Of a stretch of 64,000 nucleotides of DNA, positions 20,401 through 29,308 are shown piece after piece. Where the stretch lies: assembly GCA_965243025.1 (NCBI GenBank), contig CBDETY010000003.1:4128001-4192000 (forward strand), read 5' to 3'. Positions within the stretch are counted from its first letter, which is position 1, and each line of letters opens with the position of its first letter. The position numbers were made by a program, and so were the translations under genes. The notes below the pieces were generated by a model. That model worked only from the letters and a program-made list of their open reading frames with translations, made no database searches and was not told where the DNA came from. This stretch comes from Candidatus Latescibacterota bacterium (GTDB lineage Bacteria > Latescibacterota > UBA2968 > UBA8231).

Positions 20401-21362
20401 GCGACGTACTGCTGCTGCTCCGGCAGCCCGTGGATGCGGTTGACCACCCTTTGCGCGACCGCGACGATGTTGGCGTCGGCCTCCTTGTAGATCTCGATCT
20501 CGACGCTCTCGCTGCCGTCGACCCGGGTGAGGACCTCGCGGTCCTTGGACGACCGGTGCACGGCGGCGACGTCGCCGAGGCGGATCTCGGCTCCCTCCCT
20601 TTCCGCCACGATCAGGCGGCGGATCTCGTCGACCGTCTGGAACTCGTTGATCGTGCGCACGAGGTACCAGGTCAGCCCCTCGCGCATCTGCCCGCCCGGC
20701 AGGTTGACGTTGGCCTGGTCGAGGGCCCGGTTGATCGCCGAGACGTCCAGCCCCATCAGGCTGATCCGCTGCTCGTTGAGGTCGACGTGGATCTGCTCTT
20801 CGAGGCCGCCCTTCACCTTGACGGCGGCGACCCCCGGGATCGCCTCCAGCTCGCGCTTGATCTCGCGGTCGGCGAGGCGGCGCAGCTCGAACATCGTCTG
20901 CGGCCCGTGCAGCCCCAGGCGGATGATCGGGTCGAGGGAGGGGTCGTACCTCAGCAGCAGCGGCTTTTCCGCATCTTCGGGCAGCCGCAGGCGGTCCGAT
21001 TTTTCGCGGATGCTCTGCGAGGCGGCGTCCATGTCGGTGTCCCACTCGAACTCGAGGACGACGTCGGACTGCCCCGCCTTGCTGATCGAGCTGATGCGGA
21101 CGAGCTGGCGGACGATGCCGAGCTCCTGCTCCAGCGGGCGCGACACCAGCGATTCCACCTCCTCGGGGGCGGTGCCGGGGTACTCGGTGCGCACCGTGAT
21201 CGCCGGGTAGGCTATGTCCGGCATCAGGTCGAGGGACAGGCGCTGGTAGGAGACCCAGCCGAACACGCAGACCGCGGTGACGATCATCAGGATCGCGACG
21301 GGCCGCTGCGTCGTGACCGCGAAGCGGGTGCTGAAGCTGCGAGTGGGCCCGGGGCCGGCCAT
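17460..21362 (-). CDS. RND efflux permease subunit 1 (1300 aa, two large insertions)
   Basis: [45 protein letters not shown]; ATGA overlap with the next gene. Confidence 0.94.
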   Translation of the reverse strand: MAGPGPTRSFSTRFAVTTQRPVAILMIVTAVCVFGWVSYQRLSLDLMPDIAYPAITVRTEYPGTAPEEVESLVSRPLEQELGIVRQLVRISSISKAGQSDVVLEFEWDTDMDAASQSIREKSDRLRLPEDAEKPLLLRYDPSLDPIIRLGLHGPQTMFELRRLADREIKRELEAIPGVAAVKVKGGLEEQIHVDLNEQRISLMGLDVSAINRALDQANVNLPGGQMREGLTWYLVRTINEFQTVDEIRRLIVAEREGAEIRLGDVAAVHRSSKDREVLTRVDGSESVEIEIYKEADANIVAVAQRVVNRIHGLPEQQQYVARLREEEERAREAAADTSAVESGAAAAEEEEAKGTGEGGQDKEEDLGEQKRAEAVKTLEHLRMTDFISHLLPEEMEIEVLSDQSVFIVDAIDEVRKSALIGGALAIFVLLAFLRNVLHTLIVGVTIPVSIAATFAPMYLFDVSMNIMSLGGLALGIGMLVDNSIVVLESIFRCREEGDDLVRATIRGTGEVGAAVFASTLTTIAVFFPIVFVEGVAGQVFGDMALTVVFSLLASLLAALYFIPMLASRRLQQGGADGSPLAGGDFLRLAAFARARAAAASGPPRERAVQAALVLPQLLLDLALRIPLAVGALAAAVLKGAAVLLFEALWILLKPAEIFRIRPQRTLQASFADWARESRIGPWQPFERIWPNLLGYDSPGALAADAARLSGWMWTAEGSAGRRVLRRFARALPGAAAFLFLLVRFLFHTLLRTAGILLQVALLLAVLAVLAAATAAGVLLAPVFAPILFLCRRAIGLALRVYPVLLESALRQRYLVIAAAAACFWLCWSGLVPRLGTELIPQVHQGEFNLEVALPVGTPLWRTAEVVREIEDAALKQPGVERVATAVGTDRSASSRADEGEHTARLTVKMVPGATPVEEEELIASLRRELADLPEVEIEVAFPTLFSFKTPVEVEVHGDDLQQLRQVSRETETLMAGLAGLADVRSTLQSGHPELQIRYDRERLAEYGLDLRQVAELVRNKVRGRVATDFRERERNIDVLVRLREADRLSVEELRRLVVNPGGEVPIALASVASIEIAEGPSEIRRIDQQRAALVTANTKGIDLGSASRSIEQALRSHPFPDGFGFLISGQNQEMETSLDSLLFALALALFLVYVVMASQFESLLHPLVIMFTVPLALIGVVAVLVWQQIPLSVVVFIGMIMLAGIVVNNAIVLVDYINTLRRGGMEKGEAIVRAGSVRLRPILMTTLTTVLGLAPMALGFGDGAEIRTPMAITVIAGLMSSTFLTLVVIPTVYAAVDRGR

Positions 21363-21367
21363 GGTCC

Positions 21368-22579
21368 TTATCCCTGGCCGCTGGCGGCTCGAGGTTCGGG
21401 ATCCGCCCGGTGTTCGCTGACCACCTTTACGCGGGCCTTGTCCTTCAGGCCGGCCTGACCGATGACGATGACGGGGGCGCCTGCGGCGATGCCGGACAGG
21501 GCCTCGATGAAGCGGCTGTCCTCGTACCCGGCGTCGAGGCTGACCCGGGACGCGGTGCTGTCCTCGACGACGAAGACGTAGCGCTCGCCGCCGTCGTAGA
21601 CGACCGCCTGCTTGGGCAGCAGGACGGCGTCGGTGTGGGTGTCGGTGACGACGCGGACGTTGACGAAGACCCCCGGCCGCAGGTGCTCCCAGCGGTCCCG
21701 CAGCCCGACGGTGACCTTGAAGGTGCCGCTCTTGGGGTCGACGACCGGGCTGATGCGCTTGACGTACCCCTCGAACTCCATGTCCTGGAGAAAGTCGGAG
21801 ACCACCACCGCCCTCTGTCCGACCTCCACCCGGGTCAGGTACCGCCCCGGTACGTACACCCGGGCGATCATGTCGTCGATCTTTACGAGGTCGAACAGCT
21901 TGTCCCCGGGGGCGACGCGGGCCCCCACCTGCACCTGCCGGGTCGTGATGACGCCGGCGAACGGGGCCCGGATCACCGTATTTTCGAGGGCGAGGCGGGC
22001 CTTCTCGACTTTCAGCCGGGCTTCATCGAGGTGAAAGAGCCTGTCCTCGTGGTCCTGGGGGGCGATCAGGCCGCGGCGGAACATCTCCTCGGTGCGTTTG
22101 TACCCCATCTCGAGGTGGCGCAGCTCCATGGCGCTTTCGCGGTCGTCGAGGCGGGCCTGGTCGGCGTCGAGCTTCACCAGGGTGTCGCCGGCGGCGACAT
22201 GGTCCCCTTCCTCGACGGCGACGACCTCCACCAGGCCGCTGACCTCCGGGTGAATCTCCACCGCCGCCTCGGTCTCCACGGTCGAGCTGAACAGCAGGAA
22301 GGAGGAGATGTCGCCGATGGTCGACAGGGCGGTCTCCACCGGCACCGCGTCGATCCGGGCGGTATCTGCCCGGCTGGTGTCCGCCGCCGCGGTCGAGTCG
22401 GCGGCCGTCGAGTCGGCTGCGGTCGAGTCGGTCCTGGCGCTGCCGTCCGCTTCGGAATCCCCGCCGAGGAACTGGCAGCCCCCTGCCCAGAAGGCCGCGG
22501 CGAGGATTCCCGGAAACGCCCGCGCCAGCAGCGGCGCCAGCCTCCGCGGAAATTGTCTATGTTGCTGGAAATAATACAT
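21368..22579 (-). CDS. RND periplasmic adaptor (MFP), probable lipoprotein
   Basis: AGGC lipobox-like site, VEEGDHVAAGDTL, IRAPFAGVI, ISPVVDPKSGTFKV, LRPGVFV. Start is ATG 22579 or 22603. Confidence 0.92.
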   Translation of the reverse strand: MYYFQQHRQFPRRLAPLLARAFPGILAAAFWAGGCQFLGGDSEADGSARTDSTAADSTAADSTAAADTSRADTARIDAVPVETALSTIGDISSFLLFSSTVETEAAVEIHPEVSGLVEVVAVEEGDHVAAGDTLVKLDADQARLDDRESAMELRHLEMGYKRTEEMFRRGLIAPQDHEDRLFHLDEARLKVEKARLALENTVIRAPFAGVITTRQVQVGARVAPGDKLFDLVKIDDMIARVYVPGRYLTRVEVGQRAVVVSDFLQDMEFEGYVKRISPVVDPKSGTFKVTVGLRDRWEHLRPGVFVNVRVVTDTHTDAVLLPKQAVVYDGGERYVFVVEDSTASRVSLDAGYEDSRFIEALSGIAAGAPVIVIGQAGLKDKARVKVVSEHRADPEPRAASGQG

Positions 22580-22767
22580 TACTGGAAAGTATAAGAAGGT
22601 CATTGAATGGCCTGTGGTGCACCCTGTCAAGCCGCATCCTCCGCCCCTGGCAGGCCTGTTCCGGCTCTCCACCGGGATGCAGGCGAACTGGAAACCCCGG
22701 CAGGGTGCGCGGACTGCGCGCAAGGTGGTTCTCACCCGGGCGAAATTGCCGGCAGGAGGTTCAGCCG

Positions 22768-23202
22768 ATGAGCTACAAGGAGATCAACTCCGCGGAGGCC
22801 CTGGAGCTGATGCGGGAGCAGGGATACCGGTACGTCGACGTGCGCTCCGAGCCGGAGTTCCTCAGCGGGCACCCCTCGGGAGCCCTCAACATCCCGATCA
22901 TGCACCGCGAGGCGTTCGGCATGGTGCCCAACCCCGACTTCCTCGGGGTGGTCGAGGCGAATTTCGAACGCGGCGACAAGCTGCTTCTGGGCTGCCAGTC
23001 GGGAGCGCGTTCGGCGCGCGCCGCCGAGATCCTTTCGGCTTCCGGGTTCACCGACGTGTCCAACGTCCGCGGCGGCTTCGGCGGAGCCCACGCCGACAGC
23101 GGCGAGGTGATCGAGAAGGGCTGGCTCGAAAGCGGCCTCCCAGTCGACCGGGGGGAGCAGGAGGGCCGCAACTACTCCGACCTCCAGGGTGGGCGGGGAT
23201 GA
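22768..23202 (+). CDS. Rhodanese-like domain protein
   Basis: VDVRSEPEFLSGHPSGALNIP, active loop GCQSGARS; SD AGGAGGT. Confidence 0.9.
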   Translation: MSYKEINSAEALELMREQGYRYVDVRSEPEFLSGHPSGALNIPIMHREAFGMVPNPDFLGVVEANFERGDKLLLGCQSGARSARAAEILSASGFTDVSNVRGGFGGAHADSGEVIEKGWLESGLPVDRGEQEGRNYSDLQGGRG

Positions 23203-23295
23203 CGCCGGAGCGCGCGAATTCCTCCCGCGCCCTCGTTCTCAGGCTCACCCCCGCGCGCAGGCGCTGAGCCTCCCGAGCGCAGGGGAGCGTCCAGA

Positions 23296-23964
23296 ATGCT
23301 GAATCCCTGTTTCCAGGCCGGCATCGACGTCATGGGGAGCCGCTGCCTGGTGATCGGCGGCGGGGCCGAGGCGGCCGACAAGGCGGAGAGGCTGCTCGCC
23401 GCCGGGGCGCGGCTCGCCGTCGTCAGCCCGCGTCTCAACGAAGACCTCCGGGAATGGAAGGCCGCGGGGCGATTCGAGCACCGCGAGCGCCGCTTCGATG
23501 CCGCGGATCTCGACGGGGTGTTTCTCGTCATCAACACGGTCCCCGACGACCCGGAGCTGGCCCGCCAGGTCTACGAGCTCGCCTGCCGCCAGGGGTCCCT
23601 GATCAACACCTGGGACCGGCCGGCGCAGTCCAACATCGCCATGGCCGCCCTCGTCTCCTCGGGGCACCTGAGAGTGAGCATCAGCACCAGCAACGCCAGC
23701 CCGTCCCTTGCCCGCCGCCTGCGCGAGGACCTCGAGCGGATCTTCGACGACAGCGAGTTCGTCGACTATCTCGACGGCCTTGGCCGCCTGCGGGCCCGGC
23801 TCAGGGAGACGCTCCCCGACAGCCGCCGCCGGTCGGAGATCCTCCGGTCCCTGGCCGCCGACTTCAGGCTCGACGCGAATCTCGGAATCCCCCCCGACTG
23901 GCGGCAGCGGATCGCCGCCCTGATGGAAAGCTCCCCCGGGGACGGAGCAGGCGAAAAGCAATAA
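23296..23964 (+). CDS. Precorrin-2 dehydrogenase / sirohydrochlorin ferrochelatase (SirC, CysG N-terminal-like)
   Basis: CLVIGGGAEAADKAERLLAAGA, LRVSISTSNASPSLARRLRE. Confidence 0.85.
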   Translation: MLNPCFQAGIDVMGSRCLVIGGGAEAADKAERLLAAGARLAVVSPRLNEDLREWKAAGRFEHRERRFDAADLDGVFLVINTVPDDPELARQVYELACRQGSLINTWDRPAQSNIAMAALVSSGHLRVSISTSNASPSLARRLREDLERIFDDSEFVDYLDGLGRLRARLRETLPDSRRRSEILRSLAADFRLDANLGIPPDWRQRIAALMESSPGDGAGEKQ

Positions 23965-23995
23965 AAAACCCCCGTACGGCAATTCCGTACCGGGG
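23963..23995 (-). terminator. Intrinsic terminator after the HU/IHF gene
   Basis: CCCC-GTACGG / CCGTAC-GGGG stem followed on the minus strand by T6. Confidence 0.7.
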
Positions 23996-24021
23996 CCCGA
24001 ACCCTTTCCCGACGGCGCTGC

Positions 24022-24408
24022 TCAGATCTCGTCGTCGTCTTCGTCGTCGTCGAATTCCTCGATCGGGATAGCGAGGTTTCCCTCCCGCGTCTGGTGCAGC
24101 GCCTCCTTGAGGAGCCTGCCCGGCTTGAAGTGCGTCTTGCGGCGGGCGGGCACGTAGATGATCTCCCCGGTCCGGGGGTTGCGGGCCGCGGGCTTCGGGC
24201 GGGTATCCTTGACCTGGAAAACGCCGAAACCCCTAATTTCGATGCGGTTCCCCTGGATCAGGCTGTCCCTCATGGCGACGAAGAGACTGTCGACCATTTT
24301 GGCCGCCAGATTCTTCTTGCAGCCGGTGCTCTGGCTGACGAGAAGGGCGAGATCCTTCTTCGTAATCGTCGACAACAGCCGACCCCCTGATGGAGGTTGG
24401 TTTTCCAT
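24022..24408 (-). CDS. HU/IHF family DNA-binding protein with acidic C-terminal tail
   Basis: ITKKDL, RIEIRGFGVF, ARNPRTGE, FKPGRLLKE; tail EEFDDDEDDDEI. Confidence 0.93.
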   Translation of the reverse strand: MENQPPSGGRLLSTITKKDLALLVSQSTGCKKNLAAKMVDSLFVAMRDSLIQGNRIEIRGFGVFQVKDTRPKPAARNPRTGEIIYVPARRKTHFKPGRLLKEALHQTREGNLAIPIEEFDDDEDDDEI

Positions 24409-24463
24409 GCCGGATCAGCCCGAAAAAATTGACATTAGTTGTTGGATTTAAAGACTTTCCGTC

Positions 24464-24492
24464 AAAGTACTCCCCTGATTTTTGACTGTCAA
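24464..24492 (-). promoter_or_regulatory. Putative sigma70 promoter of the HU/IHF gene
   Basis: Minus strand TTGACA-N17-TACTTT in an AT-rich intergenic region; the -35 lies within palindrome TTGACTGTCAA. Confidence 0.65.
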
Positions 24493-24672
24493 GAAAAATC
24501 TGCACGAACCATTTATTTTTCTGGCAGTTACAAGAAATTCGCCCCCTTTTCGGACACCCCGTAAAAACCTCCCGCCGGGGGTCAGAAAAACCGCCTTTCC
24601 GACCCTTTTCGCACCGCGGTTCTCCATTCCTCAGCCACCCTGTTTCCCAAGCTGTACCGGCCAGCCCAGGCG

Positions 24673-25497
24673 ATGCCCATGACGGCGGAACTGCAGCTCC
24701 TCAGGCCCCTGAACTGTTGTATCACCGCCGCGTCCGTGCTCATCGGGGCGGTCGCGGGAGGGGCCGTTCCGCCTCCGCCCCCGGTCTGGTTCGCGGTGCT
24801 GGCCGCGGCTCTGGTCACCGGCGCCGGGAACGCCTTCAACGACCTCCGGGACCTCGAGATCGACCGCATCAACCGGCCTCGCAGGCCGCTGCCCTCGGGC
24901 AGGCTGACGCCGCGTCGGGCCGCCCTGGCCGCCGCCGCGAGCGCCGCGGCCGGGCTGGGGTTTGCGGTCGGGGCCGGTCCTGTTCCGGGACTGATCGCCG
25001 CCGGCACGCTCGCGGGACTATGGCTGTACAGCGCCCGCCTCAAGAGCACGGTGCTCTGGGGCAACCTCCTGGTCGCATTCCTCGCGGCGCTGGCTTTTCC
25101 CTTCGGAGCACTCGCCGGCGGGGCCCTGGGACGGTCCTGGGTCCCCGCCGGCTTCGCCCTGCTCTTCCACCTGGGCCGCGAGATCGTCAAGGACGTCGAG
25201 GACCTCGATGGGGACCGCGCCCGCGGGGTGCGCACCCTTGCCCTGGCGGTCGGCGCCCCGAGGGCCCGGTGGGCCGCGGCCGGCGTTTACTCACTGCTGA
25301 TCGCCGGGACCGTCCTGCCTGGCTACCTCGGACTGTACGGCTGGGCATATGGCGCGGTTGTAATGCTGATGGACGCCCTCCTCCTGATCGTCATGGTTCG
25401 TTTCGTTCGCGGCGCCGGGGCCCAGAGCCGGGCGCTGAGGGCTCTCATGCCGCTGGGACTGCTCGCCATCCTGGCCGGCGAGCTGTACCGGGGTTGA
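24673..25497 (+). CDS. UbiA-superfamily prenyltransferase, DGGGP-synthase-like
   Basis: LLRPLNC, GNAFNDLRDLEIDRINRPRRPLPSG, REIVKDVEDLDGDRARGVRTL; multiple TM helices. Confidence 0.85.
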   Translation: MPMTAELQLLRPLNCCITAASVLIGAVAGGAVPPPPPVWFAVLAAALVTGAGNAFNDLRDLEIDRINRPRRPLPSGRLTPRRAALAAAASAAAGLGFAVGAGPVPGLIAAGTLAGLWLYSARLKSTVLWGNLLVAFLAALAFPFGALAGGALGRSWVPAGFALLFHLGREIVKDVEDLDGDRARGVRTLALAVGAPRARWAAAGVYSLLIAGTVLPGYLGLYGWAYGAVVMLMDALLLIVMVRFVRGAGAQSRALRALMPLGLLAILAGELYRG

Positions 25498-25536
25498 CGG
25501 AGACGCCTGCGCCGGCCGCGCATTACCTTAAGGACC

Positions 25537-26823
25537 ATGAATCTCTCGCCGCCGCGCGGTACCCGGGACTTCTATCCCGACGACTTCCGGCTCCGCGACT
25601 GGCTGTTCACCCATTTCCGCGAGGCCTCGCGGGCCTTTGCCTTCGAAGAGTACGACGCCCCGGTCGTCGAGTCGGAGGAGCTCTACGTCCGCAAGGCCGG
25701 CGAGCAGATCGTCGACGAGCTGTACGGGTTCGAGGACAAGGGGGGGCGGCGCCTCGCCCTGAGACCGGAGATGACCCCTTCCATTGCCCGCCTCGTGCTG
25801 GCCAGGGCGGGGTCGCTGGCGCTGCCGCTGAAGTGGTTCAGCATTCCGCAGTGCTGGCGCTACGAGCGCATCCAGCGCGGCCGCAGGCGCGAGCACTTCC
25901 AGTGGAACGTCGACATCTTCGGCATCTCCGACGTCGCCGCCGAGGCCGAGCTCCTCTGCCTCCTGACGACCCTGTTCTCGCGCCTCGGCCTGACCGCGGA
26001 AGATGTCGAGATCAGGCTCTCGAGCCGCAAGATCATCGAGGCGGTGCTCGACGCCGCCAACGTCCCCGAAGGGCGCTTCTCCGAGGTCTGCGTGCTCGTC
26101 GACAAGCTCGACAAGCTGCCTGCGGCGGCGGTGCGGGAAGATCTCGAGGGTATCGGACTGGACGCCTCCGTCGTCGATACCCTCCTCGAGCTGACTTCGG
26201 TGGGCTCCCTCGAGGACGCCGCCGCCCTGATCGGGGAAGAGAGCGGCGGCATCGGCGACCTGCGCCGGCTGCTCGCTCTGGCCGCCGGGTACGGAATCGC
26301 CGACTGGGTGCGTTTCGACGCCGGCCTGGTGCGCGGCCTCGCCTACTACACCGGGGTGGTCTTCGAGGCTTTCGACCGCGCCTCCGAGCTCAGGGCGATC
26401 TGCGGGGGAGGACGCTACGACCGCCTGCTGTCGACCTTCGGCGGCAGGGACCTCCCCGCCTGCGGCTTCGGCTTCGGGGACGCCGTGATCGTCGAGCTGC
26501 TGTCGGAAAAGGGCCTCCTGCCGGAGCTGCCGCGGCGCTTCGACGACGTCGTCTTCCCCTTCAGCGCCGAGCTGCGGCCCGCGGCCATGGAGGTCGCTTC
26601 CCGCCTGCGCCGGGCCGGCCGCTCGGTCGATCTCGTCCTCGAGGAGCGCAGGATGAAGTGGGCCTTCCGGCACGCCGACAGCTGCGGCGCCTCGCGGCTG
26701 GTCCTCGTCGCCCCGGACGAGTGGGAGCGCGGCCTGGTCAAGGTGCGCGACCTGGAGACAGGGGAAGAGCGGGAGGTCCCCGCCGGCGAGGTCGCCGGCC
26801 TGCACGCGGGGTCCGGGCCGTGA
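25537..26823 (+). CDS. hisS: Histidine--tRNA ligase
   Basis: PRGTRDFYP, LRPEMTPS, WRYERIQRGRRREHFQ, VRGLAYYTGVVFE, GGGRYD. Confidence 0.96.
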   Translation: MNLSPPRGTRDFYPDDFRLRDWLFTHFREASRAFAFEEYDAPVVESEELYVRKAGEQIVDELYGFEDKGGRRLALRPEMTPSIARLVLARAGSLALPLKWFSIPQCWRYERIQRGRRREHFQWNVDIFGISDVAAEAELLCLLTTLFSRLGLTAEDVEIRLSSRKIIEAVLDAANVPEGRFSEVCVLVDKLDKLPAAAVREDLEGIGLDASVVDTLLELTSVGSLEDAAALIGEESGGIGDLRRLLALAAGYGIADWVRFDAGLVRGLAYYTGVVFEAFDRASELRAICGGGRYDRLLSTFGGRDLPACGFGFGDAVIVELLSEKGLLPELPRRFDDVVFPFSAELRPAAMEVASRLRRAGRSVDLVLEERRMKWAFRHADSCGASRLVLVAPDEWERGLVKVRDLETGEEREVPAGEVAGLHAGSGP

Positions 26824-27833
26824 AGATCGGCCTGTGCGCCTGGAGCTTCACGGGCGCTCACAGGGAAGCCGGCTGCCAGATCGATCCCCACGAACCGGAG
26901 GGGCTCGCGGGAATGGCCGCGGCGAGCGGGCTGGCGAGCATCGAAACCGCCGCCGACCTGCTCTCGCGGCGACCCCCCGACGAGCGCGCCAGGTTTCGCG
27001 AGCTGCTGGAGGAATACGGGCTCGACCTGTTTCTCGACACCGGCAGCGAGGATCTCGCCGGGGACCAGGGGCCGCTGCTGGCCGCCATCGACACCGCGGC
27101 CGAGCTCGGGGCCAGGGCCGTGCGCACCACGATCAGCCCGGTCCTGGAAGGAGACCGGCGGCGCTACGGGGCCGCGGGCTGGCGCCGCCACCTGTCCTCC
27201 CTGGTCGAGCCGCTGCGGGGGGCGATGGGGGCCGCCGAGGAGGCGGGGATTCCTGTCGGGATCGAAAACCACCAGGACCTCTGCTCACAGGAGCTGGTCT
27301 GGCTCTGCGAGCAGGTGGGAAGTCCGATGCTGGGGGTCACGATGGACTGCGCCAACGCCCTGGCGGTCGGCGAGACTCCGGAGCAGTTCGCCGGCGCCGT
27401 GCTGCCCCACCTCAAGCACGTCCATCTGAAGGACTACCGCATCCACCCGACGGCGTCCGGTTTCCGCTTCGTCCGCTGCGCCCTCGGGTCCGGGGTCGTC
27501 GACTGGACGCGGCTGCTGCGGCTGTTCGGGGAGGGGCCCGGCGAGCTGCAGGGCTGCATCGAGCTGGGGGCCTCGACGGCGCGCCACATCCGCATCCTCG
27601 AGCCGGAGTTCTGGGAGACCTTCCGCCTGGGGGAGCCGTTTCCCGAGCGCCCTTTCGACTCCGTCCTCGATGCCCTCCGCAGGCTGCACGGAGCGGCGCG
27701 GCCCGCGGACGAGGAGTGGCGCACCCCCCACGAACGGGGGGAACCGGCCGCGGCCTGCTCCGCATACGAGCTGCAGCAGTTCGCCGCCTCGGTTATCCAC
27801 CTCAAGGAGACAGGGGCGCTGGCGGCGCCCTGA
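26820..27833 (+). CDS. Sugar phosphate isomerase/epimerase (xylose-isomerase-like TIM barrel)
   Basis: GTG start overlapping the hisS stop; IENHQD, GVTMDCAN, HVHLKDY, GSGVVDW. Confidence 0.85.
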   Translation: MKIGLCAWSFTGAHREAGCQIDPHEPEGLAGMAAASGLASIETAADLLSRRPPDERARFRELLEEYGLDLFLDTGSEDLAGDQGPLLAAIDTAAELGARAVRTTISPVLEGDRRRYGAAGWRRHLSSLVEPLRGAMGAAEEAGIPVGIENHQDLCSQELVWLCEQVGSPMLGVTMDCANALAVGETPEQFAGAVLPHLKHVHLKDYRIHPTASGFRFVRCALGSGVVDWTRLLRLFGEGPGELQGCIELGASTARHIRILEPEFWETFRLGEPFPERPFDSVLDALRRLHGAARPADEEWRTPHERGEPAAACSAYELQQFAASVIHLKETGALAAP

Positions 27834-28027
27834 CTTCAACCCCGCCTGTCATCCGGCCGCAAAGGCTACGGGGCTGCTGCCGGCCCTGCGGTCGCACGGC
27901 ATTGCGGTCCTTCCGGCACTTCCGACTCGACCCGGCGCGCACCTCGTCTACCCCGGAAATTCCGCCGCGCCGGCAGCGCGGCTTGTCTTTGCCCCGGCAA
28001 CTCCGCCCCGCCGGCGCAGCGACTGTA

Positions 28028-29053
28028 TCAACCGATTTTGAGACCCTCGAGCTGACCGGTTTCCGGCAGGTCGGCGATCGCGTTCTCCAGGGTGCCGATC
28101 CCGGCGAAGGTCATGCGCACCAGGTCCCCGGCGACCAGGCCGCCGGGAAGGTCCGCCTCGGCGAACACGATCGGGGTGCCCCAGTACAGGACCTGGAGCT
28201 GCCGGGGATGCAGCGGCAGGCGGCTGAACAGCGACCGCTCCATGTGAAACAGCCCTTCCGGCATGTTGAGATTCCCCTGGCCGGTCGGCCCTTCCTTGAA
28301 GCCGGCCCGGCGGCCGCCGCGGAGGATCTCGCAGCTGACCGCCACGTCGCCGTCGTCGAACTCCGAAGCGGTGACGAGGACCGGCCCGAAGCTGGCGCAG
28401 CCGCCGGCCCAGTTCTTGGCCTGGGGCAGGTTCAGCGGGTTGGCCGCCTCGATGCCGTTGTCGGTGGCGTCGTTGCCCCCGGTGTAACCCAGGCGCTCGA
28501 GCCGGCCGCCCTCGTCGAGGCCGTACAGAGTCACCAGCTCGGTCTCGGGAACCAGCCGCTGCGTGTCCCGGGGGCGGGTGAGCGTCTGTCCGTGGCCGAC
28601 GACGCTGTCCGGGTCCCCCTTGGCGAACAGCTCGGGGCGGCCGCCCGCGGCGCATTCGCGGTACTTCTGCTCGTACACGTTGACCTGGTCGCCGGTGGCC
28701 TGCTTCGACTCGATCTCGCGGAGCCGGGCGCTGTCCTCGTGCGTCACTCCCGCCAGCCAGATGCGCAGGGCGTGGGGATCGCCGGCCGGGCCGCTGGCCG
28801 GCTTGAGCGGGAACGGTCCCCCGTCCCCCTCGCGGCCGGCGAGGAGCTCTGACAGCCGCAGTGAAGGGGCTGGGGCCCTGTCCAGAAGCCTGGAAAGGGC
28901 GACCTCGAAACCTTCGGCCGCTCCGCCGCAATCGTAGTAGATGCCGTGGACGGTCGCCGGCCCGTCTTCCCCGGTCAGGTCGATCACCCTGTCCCCGTCG
29001 ACGGCCCCGACGCGATCGCTGCCGTCCGCATCCCGGTACTGAATCAATCTCAT
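28028..29053 (-). CDS. Fumarylacetoacetate-hydrolase-fold protein (GguC/AraD1-like)
   Basis: MRLIQY, LAGVTHEDSA, RPELFAKG, VPETEL, GYTGGND, NPLNLPQAK, GIGTLEN; SD AAGGAG. Confidence 0.75.
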   Translation of the reverse strand: MRLIQYRDADGSDRVGAVDGDRVIDLTGEDGPATVHGIYYDCGGAAEGFEVALSRLLDRAPAPSLRLSELLAGREGDGGPFPLKPASGPAGDPHALRIWLAGVTHEDSARLREIESKQATGDQVNVYEQKYRECAAGGRPELFAKGDPDSVVGHGQTLTRPRDTQRLVPETELVTLYGLDEGGRLERLGYTGGNDATDNGIEAANPLNLPQAKNWAGGCASFGPVLVTASEFDDGDVAVSCEILRGGRRAGFKEGPTGQGNLNMPEGLFHMERSLFSRLPLHPRQLQVLYWGTPIVFAEADLPGGLVAGDLVRMTFAGIGTLENAIADLPETGQLEGLKIG

Positions 29054-29308
29054 TTCCTGTCTCCTTTGCTGTCCCGACCATACATCCGGTTCGATTTCTG
29101 CACAGGGCCCGATTCCTGCGTAGAGCGCCGGCTCCCGGGTCTGCCGCCCCTGTCCGGATTCAAGAAGCGCCCGGGACCTCGGCGGCAATCGACCCGGAGG
29201 TCTTGCCGGGAATCCGTTGCCGTCCGTGAAAGCTGCGAGGAAGGCGAGCCCTGCAGTCCGTCCCCGTGCACCTCACGCCCCCGGACCCCGGACGGAGCCT
29301 TCCGCAAC

